A DNA stretch of 62,425 bases, counting the filler, from Rhabdomonas costata (lineage: Eukaryota): NCBI GenBank assembly GCA_019059605.1. It is 38 parts of 38 records of this genome, joined end to end, with 100 filler letters (N's around TTAATTAATTAA, not from the genome) between each part and the next. Parts side by side here need not be neighbours in the genome. Positions count along the whole stretch, not along the records: positions 49,318 to 50,868 come from JAHMHO010013233.1; positions 50,969 to 52,519 come from JAHMHO010013234.1; positions 52,620 to 54,170 come from JAHMHO010013235.1; positions 54,271 to 55,821 come from JAHMHO010013236.1; positions 55,922 to 57,472 come from JAHMHO010013237.1; positions 57,573 to 59,123 come from JAHMHO010013238.1; positions 59,224 to 60,774 come from JAHMHO010013239.1; positions 60,875 to 62,425 come from JAHMHO010013240.1; 30 more parts are not named here. One strand, given 5' to 3'. The position numbers and the translations under genes were made by a program. Below, piece by piece: positions 49,866-61,899 of the stretch. The notes under the pieces are model-generated. The model made no database searches, was not told the DNA's origin, and saw only the letters and a list, made by a program, of their open reading frames with translations. Position 1 is the first letter of the stretch. Every line of letters starts with the position of its first letter.

Positions 49866-52800
49866 CTGGAGACGGTTCAGTGGACGGAGGCCAATCGTTG
49901 AGTGAACTTGAATGGCCCGCTTCACATTAATAGTAAAGGAGAGTGTTTTCAACCACACAAGAAACGCGTTTAACAGCAAAGCACGGAAGCAAACTGGGGA
50001 ACAGATTTCATCAAGTCAATTCATTCACGTTTTCATTTTTTTCTCCGCTTTTCCGCTATTAAGTCCGGAAAGGTCGCTTTTCGTAAACAGTTAATAAACG
50101 GATGATATGAGGCCCTGCACTGTAATTATGAGACCAAAGGCGAGTTTCCACTTCGTTCAGAGGTTGCAGGTTCATATCTTGCCAAAACCGGACACTACAA
50201 CAGTGTCGACCTTTATTCTTTCTTTTAGCTATGCTGCTTTGACAGCAATTGGGGAAGGGGAAGGGGAAGAGGCACAAGTCTGATTGCTGAGGGGAAAGCC
50301 GCAGCAGGCGCTTAGTCTTTCTTGTTCAGCGTGTCCGTCCTTTCTCCTTCAGGCCGGTATCCACCCGTGACCTTTGACGGCTTCTTTCCCCAGCGCAGCA
50401 GAGGGCTCCCACAACCCCAACGTATTTACAAAAACCCACACCCCTACCCAAAGCTACCCTTCGTCCCTGGGCAAATAGTGCGCCACGTGCCACGTGGAGA
50501 GTGACATACTTACTTGTGCCGTTCTTTTGACCGGTTCTACTATCCTTTTTTTGACGGGCTGAATGATGGGATTGGGCTCTAACGCAGAATGGAAAAAGAG
50601 TCCGCAAATTTGTTGAAATGGGGAAGTGACAGCGGACAGTGATTTGGGTTTCCCACAAACAGTAAAACAAACGCCTGGGACGAAATCCAACAGAAAAAAT
50701 GCATTCACTGGTCCAAAAATCTGTTTCCGACTGCCCCGTATCCGATTCAGTCAAAGAATCCATTGAAAGCCAGCTGGGAGGCACGGGTTCCTAAGTACAC
50801 CTCTCTGAAAGGCTTTCGGCTTGGCTGAACACACATTTACAGCAGCATGAAGGCACGGATTAGCATGANNNNNNNNNNNNNNNNNNNNNNNNNNNNNNNN
50901 NNNNNNNNNNNNTTAATTAATTAANNNNNNNNNNNNNNNNNNNNNNNNNNNNNNNNNNNNNNNNNNNNGTGGTGTGGGAGCAGAAGTACTTCAACCTTTA
51001 CTTTCCCATGCTTGTGAAGCTAAACCGAGAATCCCAGACCTCGGGTGTGACTCATTGCGAACGGTTTCCATCCCTTGCGCGAATTTGGGACATTTATCGG
51101 AATATGTGCTTTTTGCCTGATGGAAAAAGGCGAAAAGGATTTGGGAAGGGAAATGAAAGAAAAGGCCACAATGGGAAAGGTGGGAGCTTTTAAGAGAGAT
51201 TTTTTTTGGCGCAGCGGCGGGCTGCAGGTCTGCAGAGGGGAGGATCAAGTGTTCACAGTATTGTGTGTGTTTTGTGAATCCCTGATGAGGCGTTCATTTC
51301 AACTGGCCTTAAATGCCATGTGAAGTTGGGCTCGACCTTTGTGATATTGCTAGGCTGGAAGGTGGAGCTGGTTCTCCGGAATTCAGAGCATGCTTGCATA
51401 GTTACATAGAGCAAAGCCATTCGCTGCACCAGTTTCACGTCATCGGGAGATATGTACCAAAGGTCCTTCTCCCAAATCTCTGCCTTCCTGTCTGGTTCAG
51501 TGCGCTTCCAATTCTCTTCAGTACAAGCAGCAAAGCTCACCTGCGAACATGCGACGGCGTTTCCTCCCCCTATTCTATTTTCAGATACCTCTCTCTACGC
51601 CTTCTGCGCGCTTTCCCATCTGGTGCGGCACGCCAAGGAGTCGGTGATCCTGCCATTTGTTGATCAGGTTGGGACATAAATCCGTTTTCACCTTCTCCGC
51701 AGTCCACCTCACTCTGGTCTAGATATCCACGTGTAGTTGTACTTCTTCTTTGGATTTGGAATTGGAACAGCACTTGCTTTGTGGTGGTTGCTCTTTCGTC
51801 CTACCCGAAACAGAGAGCAAAAGAGGACATCTTCAGTAGAAACAAACCTGCACATGACAGCATTGAAGCAAAGCGTTACGTCCGGTCGGTTGGGACCTCG
51901 TGGTGCTAACCTGGATCTTGTTTGGACACTTCTGTGGTTATTCCTTCTCTTGTTATATGACCTGCAGCATGAGTGTAAGAACCTCTATCTGCGTGGCGTG
52001 TGCATTTTTACAGAAACTCCCGGAATTGCTCTTTACTGGCTCCATTGGGGAAAGCAGACCAAAGATATTCTGTATTGGAGATCTTTGTATCTGATCGGTT
52101 CAGACATGTTGCTTTCCTCCTCAGCTGATTCCCATCGTCACGGAGCTGCTATCGAAGCGGGACGGCCAGGATTCTGCCTCGGGTTTTTTTTGGTTTTATT
52201 GGGTCTGTTTGCCTGTTAGGTTGCCGATGAGCATCGCAAACTTATGCGATGCATTCACTGAACTTTTTCAAGAGTCCTATCCCCGTCTGCGCAGTCCCTC
52301 ATTTGAAACAAGGGCACACCCATAGTAAAAAAGTTCTCACATCTCTCACACCTCACATCTCACATCGACTGCTCCCGAATATTATTGAATGTGATAATAT
52401 GCTTCGCATTGCAGAGAAGGGTCCGCTGTACAGTTCCCTCCCTTGCAAATATGTAAAATTATGTCACCTATGAAACTTATTATTGAATTGGCGTCATGGG
52501 AAGTGAACAAAAACAACAANNNNNNNNNNNNNNNNNNNNNNNNNNNNNNNNNNNNNNNNNNNNTTAATTAATTAANNNNNNNNNNNNNNNNNNNNNNNNN
52601 NNNNNNNNNNNNNNNNNNNGGGGGGGCGGGGGCCGAATAGCCTTGCGACGGTTCAGGAATTCGGGTTTGATCGCAATGCCAACTAAAATCAGGATGGCGC
52701 CCCATCGTCGGAAGACCCAAAGGCCGGAACTTTCTCCGGGAAAACTCTGCCGAAACCCTTCTGGTGCTGGCACAGTGCCTCGCAAGCGGTCCGCCGCATG

Positions 52801-53445
52801 GCCGTGCCGTGCCACGGAAATTCTCAACTCCAGCCCCTGTAGAACCATCCACCAGAGGAAGTGCGGGAACGAAGCGCCTACACGACACTATTCAATCACA
52901 CAACACCCCTCATCATGTCATGCCTGCGCATCAACGGTGTTGGGCATCAACCATGCCACTCTTGACCACACCGAGACACGAACCGCCACCGCCCGCATAC
53001 CCATTCGCTGCCGGAGGGCGGCGTCCCTGACGCTCCCCGTCGCCGCGGCGCCTGTGCCTGGTACCGGTTCGCATCCCCCCTCACAGGGCCCCGCCCGCTA
53101 GGAGCGCACCTTTGGCCAACAGAAAGGTGAGGGGTGGAAGAGCGTAGCGGTGGAACGACGAACCATGTCATGCGTGTGGCCATACCCCTTTCACAAATCA
53201 TGGGTCTGAGCGTAGCGATAGAGCGGGCGTAGTAGAACATGAAATGCCACGCCGGTAGGAATACAAAGAGTCCTTAGAACATGAATACACCTGGTAGGAA
53301 ATACGCATACAACCCCACACAACTGACGACCCTCGACTCAGAACCCACCCAAAGAATTGACAGAGATAAACACACACAGAGCGTAACAGAATACAGAGCA
53401 TTACACAAGAAGCGCGACACGTCCATTACCACCAACCACCATCAG

Positions 53446-54166
53446 AGCATGAAACCATCAACCATATCAACAGCAAACACACCAAGCCCCTGAGAAGCAA
53501 TGACATCATGACACCCAACTCCGCTACAAACACTACGCTGAACCACTCAAAAGTGACATCGACACAACAGTACACAAGAAGCATTAACATCAGGACACAC
53601 AACACCGCTAACACACAAACCCTGCATCGCCTCAACCCTCAACCCACCAACCAACACCAGACGTCCAGACAACCACACACTAATCACAGAATGACACCAG
53701 CACCACGGAACCACAGCATGACCCTCAACCCAACACCAACACCCACCACCTTCCAACATCAGCCCAACAACCACACCACATCATACGCACAAACACAAGA
53801 GACAGAAACAAGGACACTGACACCCAACACCATGACCCTACGACACCAGCAACGCCCCAACCACAAACATCCAACGCCATACGCCTGCGCCCTAACGCTA
53901 TCACTACGACACAACGCACTAGACATGAACTCATCAACAATGACACCACAACACCTTACCATTACGCTACATCTAACACCTACCTACAGATAGAGACACA
54001 GACACAGACACAAACAAAGACAAAGAATGAGACGAAGAACACACACGCGCGAAGAACCCACAAGCCCACTACGAACAAAGCATGAAACCATCAACCATAT
54101 CAACAGCAAACACACCAAGCCCCTGAGAAGCAATGACATCATGACACCCAACTCCGCTACAAACAC
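53446..54166 (+). repeat. Exact 88-bp direct repeat (period 633 bp) in a C/A-skewed tract
   Basis: Copies at 53446-53533 and 54079-54166. Confidence 0.9.
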
Positions 54167-57100
54167 AACANNNNNNNNNNNNNNNNNNNNNNNNNNNNNN
54201 NNNNNNNNNNNNNNTTAATTAATTAANNNNNNNNNNNNNNNNNNNNNNNNNNNNNNNNNNNNNNNNNNNNCGTGATTGTGCAACGGCTTTCAGAGATTGG
54301 ATTGAATGCCACCGATCTCGGGGCATAACGAATACGAGGGGTGGGCTTCCGTGTGGTCGCTGCTGCCTTTGGTTCAGCCTCAGGGAGCGTGTTGGCTTCC
54401 ACGGGCGATTTAGGCGTGCTTTTCATCACGGCCTGAGTGTCGTTCCTTTTTTTTGTGGTTACATTGCGCCAGAAAAAAAATTAGATACCTTGTCTGGTTG
54501 GTGTTAATTTTAACTGTGCCTGTGCCTCTGTGATGGGAACATTACAGCTTCAAAATTTGAAATGATGACCTGGTGATCGTAATAATTTCCTGTGTGCAAC
54601 GGTTCATTTTCGATGCTATGTTCCCATAGGTCAGCCGCGTGCCAGGGTCGTTGGTTTTCCTTCCCATCGCGGAAGGCCACAACTTCCACACGGAGGCGAT
54701 CAACATGAGCCACGTAGTGACCCACCTCTCCTTCGGCAACCACCCCTTCGCCGGTATATTGTGACCCTTTCTTTAGCGATGCGAATGCAGGGTAGGCACA
54801 TGGTTCCTCTGGAGGAGTAATGTCGCCAGCTTTTGTCTCTATGTGGACGGGATGAGTGCGTTTCGGTTTCATGTGGTGCAGGGGGTCTATGAAAGACATG
54901 AATGTGCAATACTTTGATGGCACTTGGTTGTCAGTTGCCATCATGGGAAGTTCTTTTGTGACTCCCTTCTGTGGCTAGGGTAATTTTAGTATCCTCAATG
55001 GCATTTGGGAAGGCCGCTGTTATTTTTCGGATGAGTAAAATAGAAGACCAGCATTGTTGCGTGATGGCCCCGCATTATCAGCGCACTATTTACCCAACGG
55101 ACGCGCACACCCCGCACGCGCACGAGCACCTTCAGCATATCAGGGAAACCCACGCGAGCCAGGTGTCAACCGTGGCAGACTCCGAAACCGAAGAAGTCAA
55201 AGTGGCGATGAGTGGGCACCTCGTGGGAACCGAAGGCTCGGGAGGTGAGCTGCCTGTTGCTATCAATTAGCGACTCTTTCAGTTATCACGGATTACAAGA
55301 AGAGCGAGACATCAACTCCGGATCAGCCAGCGGCTCTTGCGCTCAACACAAGCACACATACACACACGACACGCGTGCGCACAGGCCGGAATATCCCCCG
55401 GAAGTACCGCGGAAACGTGCCGCAGGACTTGGGCGGGGTGTACGCGGACAAGAAGCAGGACTCCCAGCACGCCACCCTGTTCATTTCCCGCAGCGGCCAT
55501 ATTACCCACGAGCACTACATCAAGGCCCGTGTGCCCTGCCTGCGGGAGAGAAAGTGAGTGAGTGAGTGAGTGGGGCCAAACCTCCGCTTGCACCCTTCTC
55601 TGTCTCCGGTGATATTGGAGTTGGACGATCGAACTTTTGTTGGGCAGCTTTTGCAGCAGTAATCCAAATATCCAAATATCCGAACGTTCGGTGTTCCGTG
55701 TTTGGTTGGAGGTTGAATTTTTCCCCATTGCTGTAATTATTCTGCCATCGCTGTAGATAATTACAGTTTACTTGACCTATGGACGAACCACCCCCATGGC
55801 CGATCCCAAGTCAACCACCCCNNNNNNNNNNNNNNNNNNNNNNNNNNNNNNNNNNNNNNNNNNNNTTAATTAATTAANNNNNNNNNNNNNNNNNNNNNNN
55901 NNNNNNNNNNNNNNNNNNNNNTGTTGGTGTGGTGCGACAACCGCTCTGGAAGTCGGCGTCAAAAGTTGCACTATCCGCAGCGGCTTGCACAGCCTCCAGC
56001 GAGGGCAGCATATAGTTGCTGCAAAAAAACACCGTTGAGGCGCGCGGATAAAAACCAAGCTGACCAACAACTCAAGGAAAAAGTGCCACCACATAATTGC
56101 AACCAAAGTCACAGGAAACGATGGGTACTGGCGCCAAACCTTGAAAACAATGAAAACAAAAACACGAGGGACAAACACAGCGCACAAAAGGTGGTACGAA
56201 TCGGAAGGGAAACAAAATACGTACGACCGGGGGTGAGGTGGGTAGGGGTCAGCGCGGAGGAGATGATCGACAAAAGGAAGGGTCGAATAGACGGACACGG
56301 AGGAGGGGAGGGGCGATGGTGGCTTGTGTTGTTGTGGAACTAAAATTTCACATCGGTTGAGGTTCGTAAATGCTTTCCCATATGTTCCGTGAGTTTTCGA
56401 AGAGGAGGAGGAAGCACATACCCTCTTCTGTTGGGAATGGAAATGATTTGCAGTTCGTAAGTGGCAGCAGTAGCTCGAGGCACAAAGGCCACCGCATAGG
56501 GCGTCATCTGTGAGAAAAGGCGTTTATGCACGTATAACAAACAAACAAAAAAGCGCACGACTGGCATGATCCAAAGACACAAAGTCCAACACCAGAACAC
56601 GTCAAGCAGCACGAAACACGGGCCGAAAATGTGTGAGTAACATCCGTTCCCCTACTGCCATGCAAAGGTTGTGCTCAGAGAAGAGTGGGGATGGAGTACA
56701 GTCGTCCCCTGGCTATTGAGCTTAGTGTAAGGAACAAAATTGCCTTGTGGAAGTTGTGGTAGCTAAAATACCATTTATCAGCTGAAGTAATGCTCGCAAC
56801 ATCTCCAGTGTACCCCTCACCCTGGAAAGCGGACCCCGACTCGCAAAACGAGGGGATTTGTGCACGGCTCGCTACGGCTAGCCACTTAATAACTGAATAA
56901 CTGATCCAATCGAATGTGCTTTTGTGGTGCCCAACTTAACTTGTGCTGCTTCTCTGTATGCCAATCTCATTCTCCAATTTCGTTCTGTCTGGTATGTCCA
57001 AGATCCTGAGGTGAAAAGTCAAACACCAGGAACGTCAAACAGCACGATTCCAGCCTGAAATTTCGAAACCTGATATCCCTTCCCTAACCGCCGGGTTGGG

Positions 57101-57572
57101 TTGTATCCAGGGGCCATGTGTTATGCGTAGAAAGGGGGCGGGGAACAGCCGTTACTTCGCTTAGTGTGAGGAACGATACTGCCTCGTCGCTGTCGTGAAA
57201 GCTTTACATTATCATCAATCAGCTGAAGCGGAACTGCCCATGTCCCCTTACTTAGCTACTGATCCGATCGCCAGAAAATAAGCACACCTCCAAGACAGTT
57301 GCCACCTCGTCCCAGGTGTTGCAAAGAATCAAGCGACCCTGCCATGCCGTCGGCCAAGTGGGGTCGCTCAACAAGTCCCCGACTTGGATCCACGTTGGAC
57401 TGAACTTCAGCAGAGCTTGCTTCATCAGCAGAGTAAGGGCACTGCTTCTGCAAAGAAAAGTTCACAAACACCNNNNNNNNNNNNNNNNNNNNNNNNNNNN
57501 NNNNNNNNNNNNNNNNTTAATTAATTAANNNNNNNNNNNNNNNNNNNNNNNNNNNNNNNNNNNNNNNNNNNN

Positions 57573-58219
57573 GCTGTACTACAGTAAGGCAAAGCCATAT
57601 ATTTTTGTTGGTCATAGTTGATAGTCATTTCATTGTCGTTGTTAATGCTTTTAATTCTAATAATAAAATCGTCCTCAACTTTCGTAATTTTCAGAATCTC
57701 ATAAATATAGTTCGTAAATAACTCGCAAGATTTTCTCTTAAAGCATTGCCTACAAATTATTTTTTGCCCGACGTAATAGTCAAAAACGTAGTCTTTTCCA
57801 TTACAAGTATAAGTGTACTCAATATAATTATCTGGAACAGATATTAAGTTGTTTTGCACGTGTTGATTAATTTTACATGATCTTGAACGAAAATAGGATA
57901 TGTTTTTCTTTGTTGTTAGATCAGCCATTTTGTTTATAATCTTAAAGTTGTATTTTTTAAAAATATCGATAACATTCATATTCACATCGAAGATATCTTT
58001 CTTGAAACTTTTCAGTTTTTCTCTATCGGCTTCATTTTCTAATCTTTTATTAACTTGCAGTATTATTTGGTTTGGAAACATAAGGTTAATGCACATTATC
58101 AAATATTTGTCTTCGGTTAAGACGTTATTAAGAGCCATATTTATCGGCAAGTTCTGAATTGAATCACCGTTTGCATTAATTTTTTTGTCGGGGTGCAATT
58201 TTATAAATAGATAAATCAT
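57573..58219 (-). CDS. Virus-like SF1 (RecD/Pif1-like) helicase, C-terminal region, truncated
   Basis: AT-rich intronless ORF with YYVGQKIICR...LFTNYIYEI...MALPYCST running off the contig where motif V (TxHxxQG) is expected. Confidence 0.6.
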
Positions 58220-59123
58220 GATGTATAGCCCAAAACTATTATCCGCTATTCATCTATATATAGTAATCATCTATATATCTATTCATCTAGATATCTATCT
58301 ATATATATTACAAATACATAAAATAATTGAAGGTGAAATGATTGATTTTATAGCTGAGTATATTAAAAGTAGTTCATATAATATAAATGATCACAAATTC
58401 AGTAATAAAAATAAAAAAGAAAAAGATTCAAAAATTATTGAAACAAAAACAAAATATTCATATGATACTGAAGAAATTAAAAAACAACTGGATTGCTTAG
58501 ATTATACAAAATTTATTAAACGTGAAGATTGGTTATATTTTGGTTCAATTATTAAAAATATGGGACAAGATTATAAACTTTTTTGTGAATACTCACAAAA
58601 AATGATAAATCAAAATCATGATCCTTGTAAATGTGAATCAACGTTTAAAAGTCTAACAAAAAAGATTATTAATCCGCTTCTAAAGTTAAAACAACTATCG
58701 CAAAGTCATCAAATGGAAAGCATGGAGGGGGAAGTATGAAAGAAATCGTTGTTTATTTTAATTCTAGATATCAGAAGAGATCGAAGATTTATAAGAGGAT
58801 GTGAAACGCAAATGTAACAGAACGCTATTTATTTTCCAAAATGGATCAACTGAATACATTGCAATCAAAAAAGATTATGATTATGATAACATTGATACAA
58901 AAAGAAATGAATTAGCAAAAATTGAAGTATTTAACAAAAATTATAGGTTTTGTACACTATTTTATCGATATTTCGATATTTCATACTAAAGTTGTATGGA
59001 CAGATAATGATGAATTTTGTATAAATATATTTTATCATATTTTCATCAAATTATTAAAACTCCTTGGAATAAAACAAATATTTGTATGGTATTAAATGGT
59101 GATATGGGTTGTGGCAAATCATT
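58218..59123 (+). pseudogene. Decayed primase-helicase (PriCT-2 plus D5-like SF3 helicase)
   Basis: LDCLD...REDWLYFGSIIKN...LFCEYSQK is PriCT-2-like. After stops and frameshifts comes HTKVVW...LYKYILSYFHQIIKTPWNKTNICMVLNGDMGCGKS, with Walker A at 59098-59121. Confidence 0.75.
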
Positions 59124-59499
59124 NNNNNNNNNNNNNNNNNNNNNNNNNNNNNNNNNNNNNNNNNNNNTTAATTAATTAANNNNNNNNNNNNNNNNNNNNN
59201 NNNNNNNNNNNNNNNNNNNNNNNTGTTGGGGTTCGGTCGGACAAAACAACTGTTCTTTTTTTTTGGGGGGGGGGCAAGTCACACAAAAATGTGACTTTCG
59301 ACGTTTAATGGTATAAAAGTCGAAACGTTAACGTTGAGTGGTTGAAACGTTTAACACCCTTTGAACACTTTCACTTTTTTTTTTGCTGAATTACTACGTA
59401 AAGCGATCATGAAAGCAGTATATGATGTTTTTTTTTACTGAATTGATTATTTGGGGGTATGATGGGGGCATGTTGTGCGAGTGTAGGAAAAAGCCATAC

Positions 59500-60424
59500 C
59501 CTGAAGTTTCTGGGTCACCACAGCATCGATCTCTGCAAAGGAAGCCCGGGCTTTGACCTCCGAGGCGGCGATGTCAATTTGCACCTCCTGTCAAGTGGCA
59601 CACGCAGAGAAAAGGATTTTACTGGACGTGAATACGATAGCATGCAAACAAGACGATGCCCAGAGAGGAGCGATAGACGCCCTTGGCTGCACCGTCCAAG
59701 CACCACCAGAGGGGTGAGGATGGGGTTCTGACTGCAAACCTCAGGCAATCTAGTGAAAAAGCGTCCGCACTCTCTTATCTTGCTCCGTCGATACAACCCT
59801 TTCGATTAGGGGTTGAGGAAGAAGAAGCAAATCTTGGGATAGAAAAGACAGTCAGACGGTGAATTTGCGGCCATATATGCAGCTTTCTGAAGTGCGTGAA
59901 CGGTTTCGAGTTTCCACACACGCGAGCGCGAAGACAAGAAAACCAAAGGGGGACTTCTTCAGCGAAACAAACCATCGGATAGGGCCTGCATAAACGGGAC
60001 TTCACAGATGCACAACCCCTCTCCCACACACTTACTTTCTCACCCTTTCGTGACGAGGAACTTTCACTTGGGTCACCCGGATGTTCAACCCCAAACAACC
60101 CGAACAATATGTTACCGAAAGATTACATCCCGTGGTGTTGCGGGAGTACGCAATTACAAAACAGCGATGATCGGGTTGTAATCGGGTTTCGTGTGTGTCA
60201 TATGATGGACCCGATGGCCGCTGGGCCATAATGGTCCGTTCGCCACATGGTCCTTTTCTCTGCGTCCCTCGCGTGCGGCTCTACCTCCTTCAACTTCTTC
60301 ATCGCCGAGGCCACCAGCGAGGCCCGAGCCTCCCTCTCTGCCACGAGGGCCTTCCTCAGCTCGGAGAGCTCCGCCATGCACGCCCGCAGCTGCCTCGACA
60401 CCCCAGCACCCTCCTCAGCTGAGC
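59500..60424 (-). CDS. Coiled-coil protein, 2 exons
   Basis: Exons 60424-60285 and 59587-59500 join in frame: ELSELRKALVAEREAR...KKLKE|EVQIDIAASE. Confidence 0.55.
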
Positions 60425-61260
60425 CTGTGTTGTTAGTGTTTGTGTGTAGCACGGTAAACACCAGTATTGCCATTGGCTGCCACACCTGCAGGGACATCGT
60501 GGAGGCTCATGATGGCGGGGGGGGCACATAAATTACTTGGATATTGGCTTGCAAGGTGCTCTGGGTCGCCTGCTGGGGATGCGCTCACCTTCTCTATTCA
60601 GTAATCAGTCCTACACAGTGCAGTTTCGGGATGGTATTTTTCGAACAGGGGGAAAGGTATACTGCCCCCTGGTTGCCGATTTTCAGTTCGAAGTTTGGCA
60701 CCGTTCAACGGCATTTTGCGTTTAAGGGCACCAAACGATTAACGCCCCCCCCCAAAAGAAAACTGCAACAGCACNNNNNNNNNNNNNNNNNNNNNNNNNN
60801 NNNNNNNNNNNNNNNNNNTTAATTAATTAANNNNNNNNNNNNNNNNNNNNNNNNNNNNNNNNNNNNNNNNNNNNTGTTTTTCTACGCCACTTCAAAACGC
60901 GGGCAAAATCGTCCTCTGCGAGTATTGTATTACGTATAACACAGGTTTTCTAGCAATAAAAATAGGCAATAAAAAACATTTATGAAAGCTGCTTACCTGA
61001 CCCAGCTTTTTTTTTTGGTTGCGACAGTATCTCTTCACGCAACTACAAAAACGATTTGCCAATAATCCGCATTTCGGTCGATCGGATGAGCTGGGCACGT
61101 TTTCCGTGGTGCGTTTTCCGTGCCAAGTCCTTGAAATGAAACGAGGGTAGCACTGTGCCTGCAATTGGTTCATCCGCAAAATGGAGGATTCAGTCCATTT
61201 TTGACCAGAACACCCAATTCTCCCCTCCACTTTCCACCGTCTCCTTTTGGCCCAGAAGTT

Positions 61261-61899
61261 CTACTCAACGAGAAACTTCTCGAGATTCTCCCCTGTGGCC
61301 TTCTCCAGGATCCTCCGGGTCTCCAGAGCCTGCTGCTGTAGCTCGTCATCGTTCTCCACTTCCAGCAGCTCAAATAGGCTGGGAATGAAGTCTGCCGAGA
61401 TGCCCAACCCCACGCACGCGCCAACAAAGCCAAGCTCGTGAACACACACGGAGGCAAATGAGAAAAAGAGTGGGACCAAACAGGGGAAACACAATTGGAT
61501 CCACCCAAGGAAAAAAGCTGCGCCCATAGGTCTCCATTGACACGGTCCCGGTTTCATGCCTTTCCGGGAAGATCAGAATGTCGAAAAAAGGAGGAGTAGC
61601 TGTCGCGAGTAATTTTTCATTAAAGCACTGCATTGTCCGGGCTCAAAAATGCTCCTTCAACAGTGTGACTCTGAATCCTTAAGGACGGACGGACCTTAGG
61701 AGTCCCCAGAGAAGAAAAGGACATGTGTGAGTGTGAGTGGAGCGGGAAGGTGGTTCAGACCGGCCAAGAGAGCCTCCACAAACACAGTGCCCGACTTGTA
61801 GTACAACGTCGTCAGCAGCCGTAGTGCAGTCAACCTGGGTTTGTTGGACGCGGGAGACCAGGAGCAGAAGCGATGGAGACTGGACGAGAATTCGTTGAC
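61261..61899 (-). CDS. HEATR1: HEATR1/UTP10 C-terminus, last 2 exons
   Basis: Exons 61899-61761 and 61391-61261 give KPRLTALRLL...ALLADFIPSLFELLE...LEKATGENLEKFL-stop, matching the UTP10 tail (IPFLAELME...LGEPL). Confidence 0.82.

Larger units (their letters stand above)
57573..59123. mobile_element. Probable endogenous viral element (Polinton-like virus / virophage / NCLDV-type replication genes)
   Basis: The whole contig is strongly AT-rich and intronless, unlike host contigs, and carries two replication-gene fragments. No capsid or TIR is visible. Confidence 0.6.

Noticed and set aside
53508-53993. 161-aa Thr/His/Asn-rich ORF
   Set aside because: Explained by C/A skew suppressing stop codons; no domain or splice signals.
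1553-60874. Regularly spaced TTAATTAATTAA motif as a CRISPR-like or biological repeat
   Set aside because: Always embedded in exactly 44+44 Ns; it is a standard six-frame-stop scaffolding linker.
228-61899. Euglenid non-conventional (non-GT/GC-AG) introns
   Set aside because: Every intron I could delimit by homology had GT or GC at the 5' end and AG at the 3' end.
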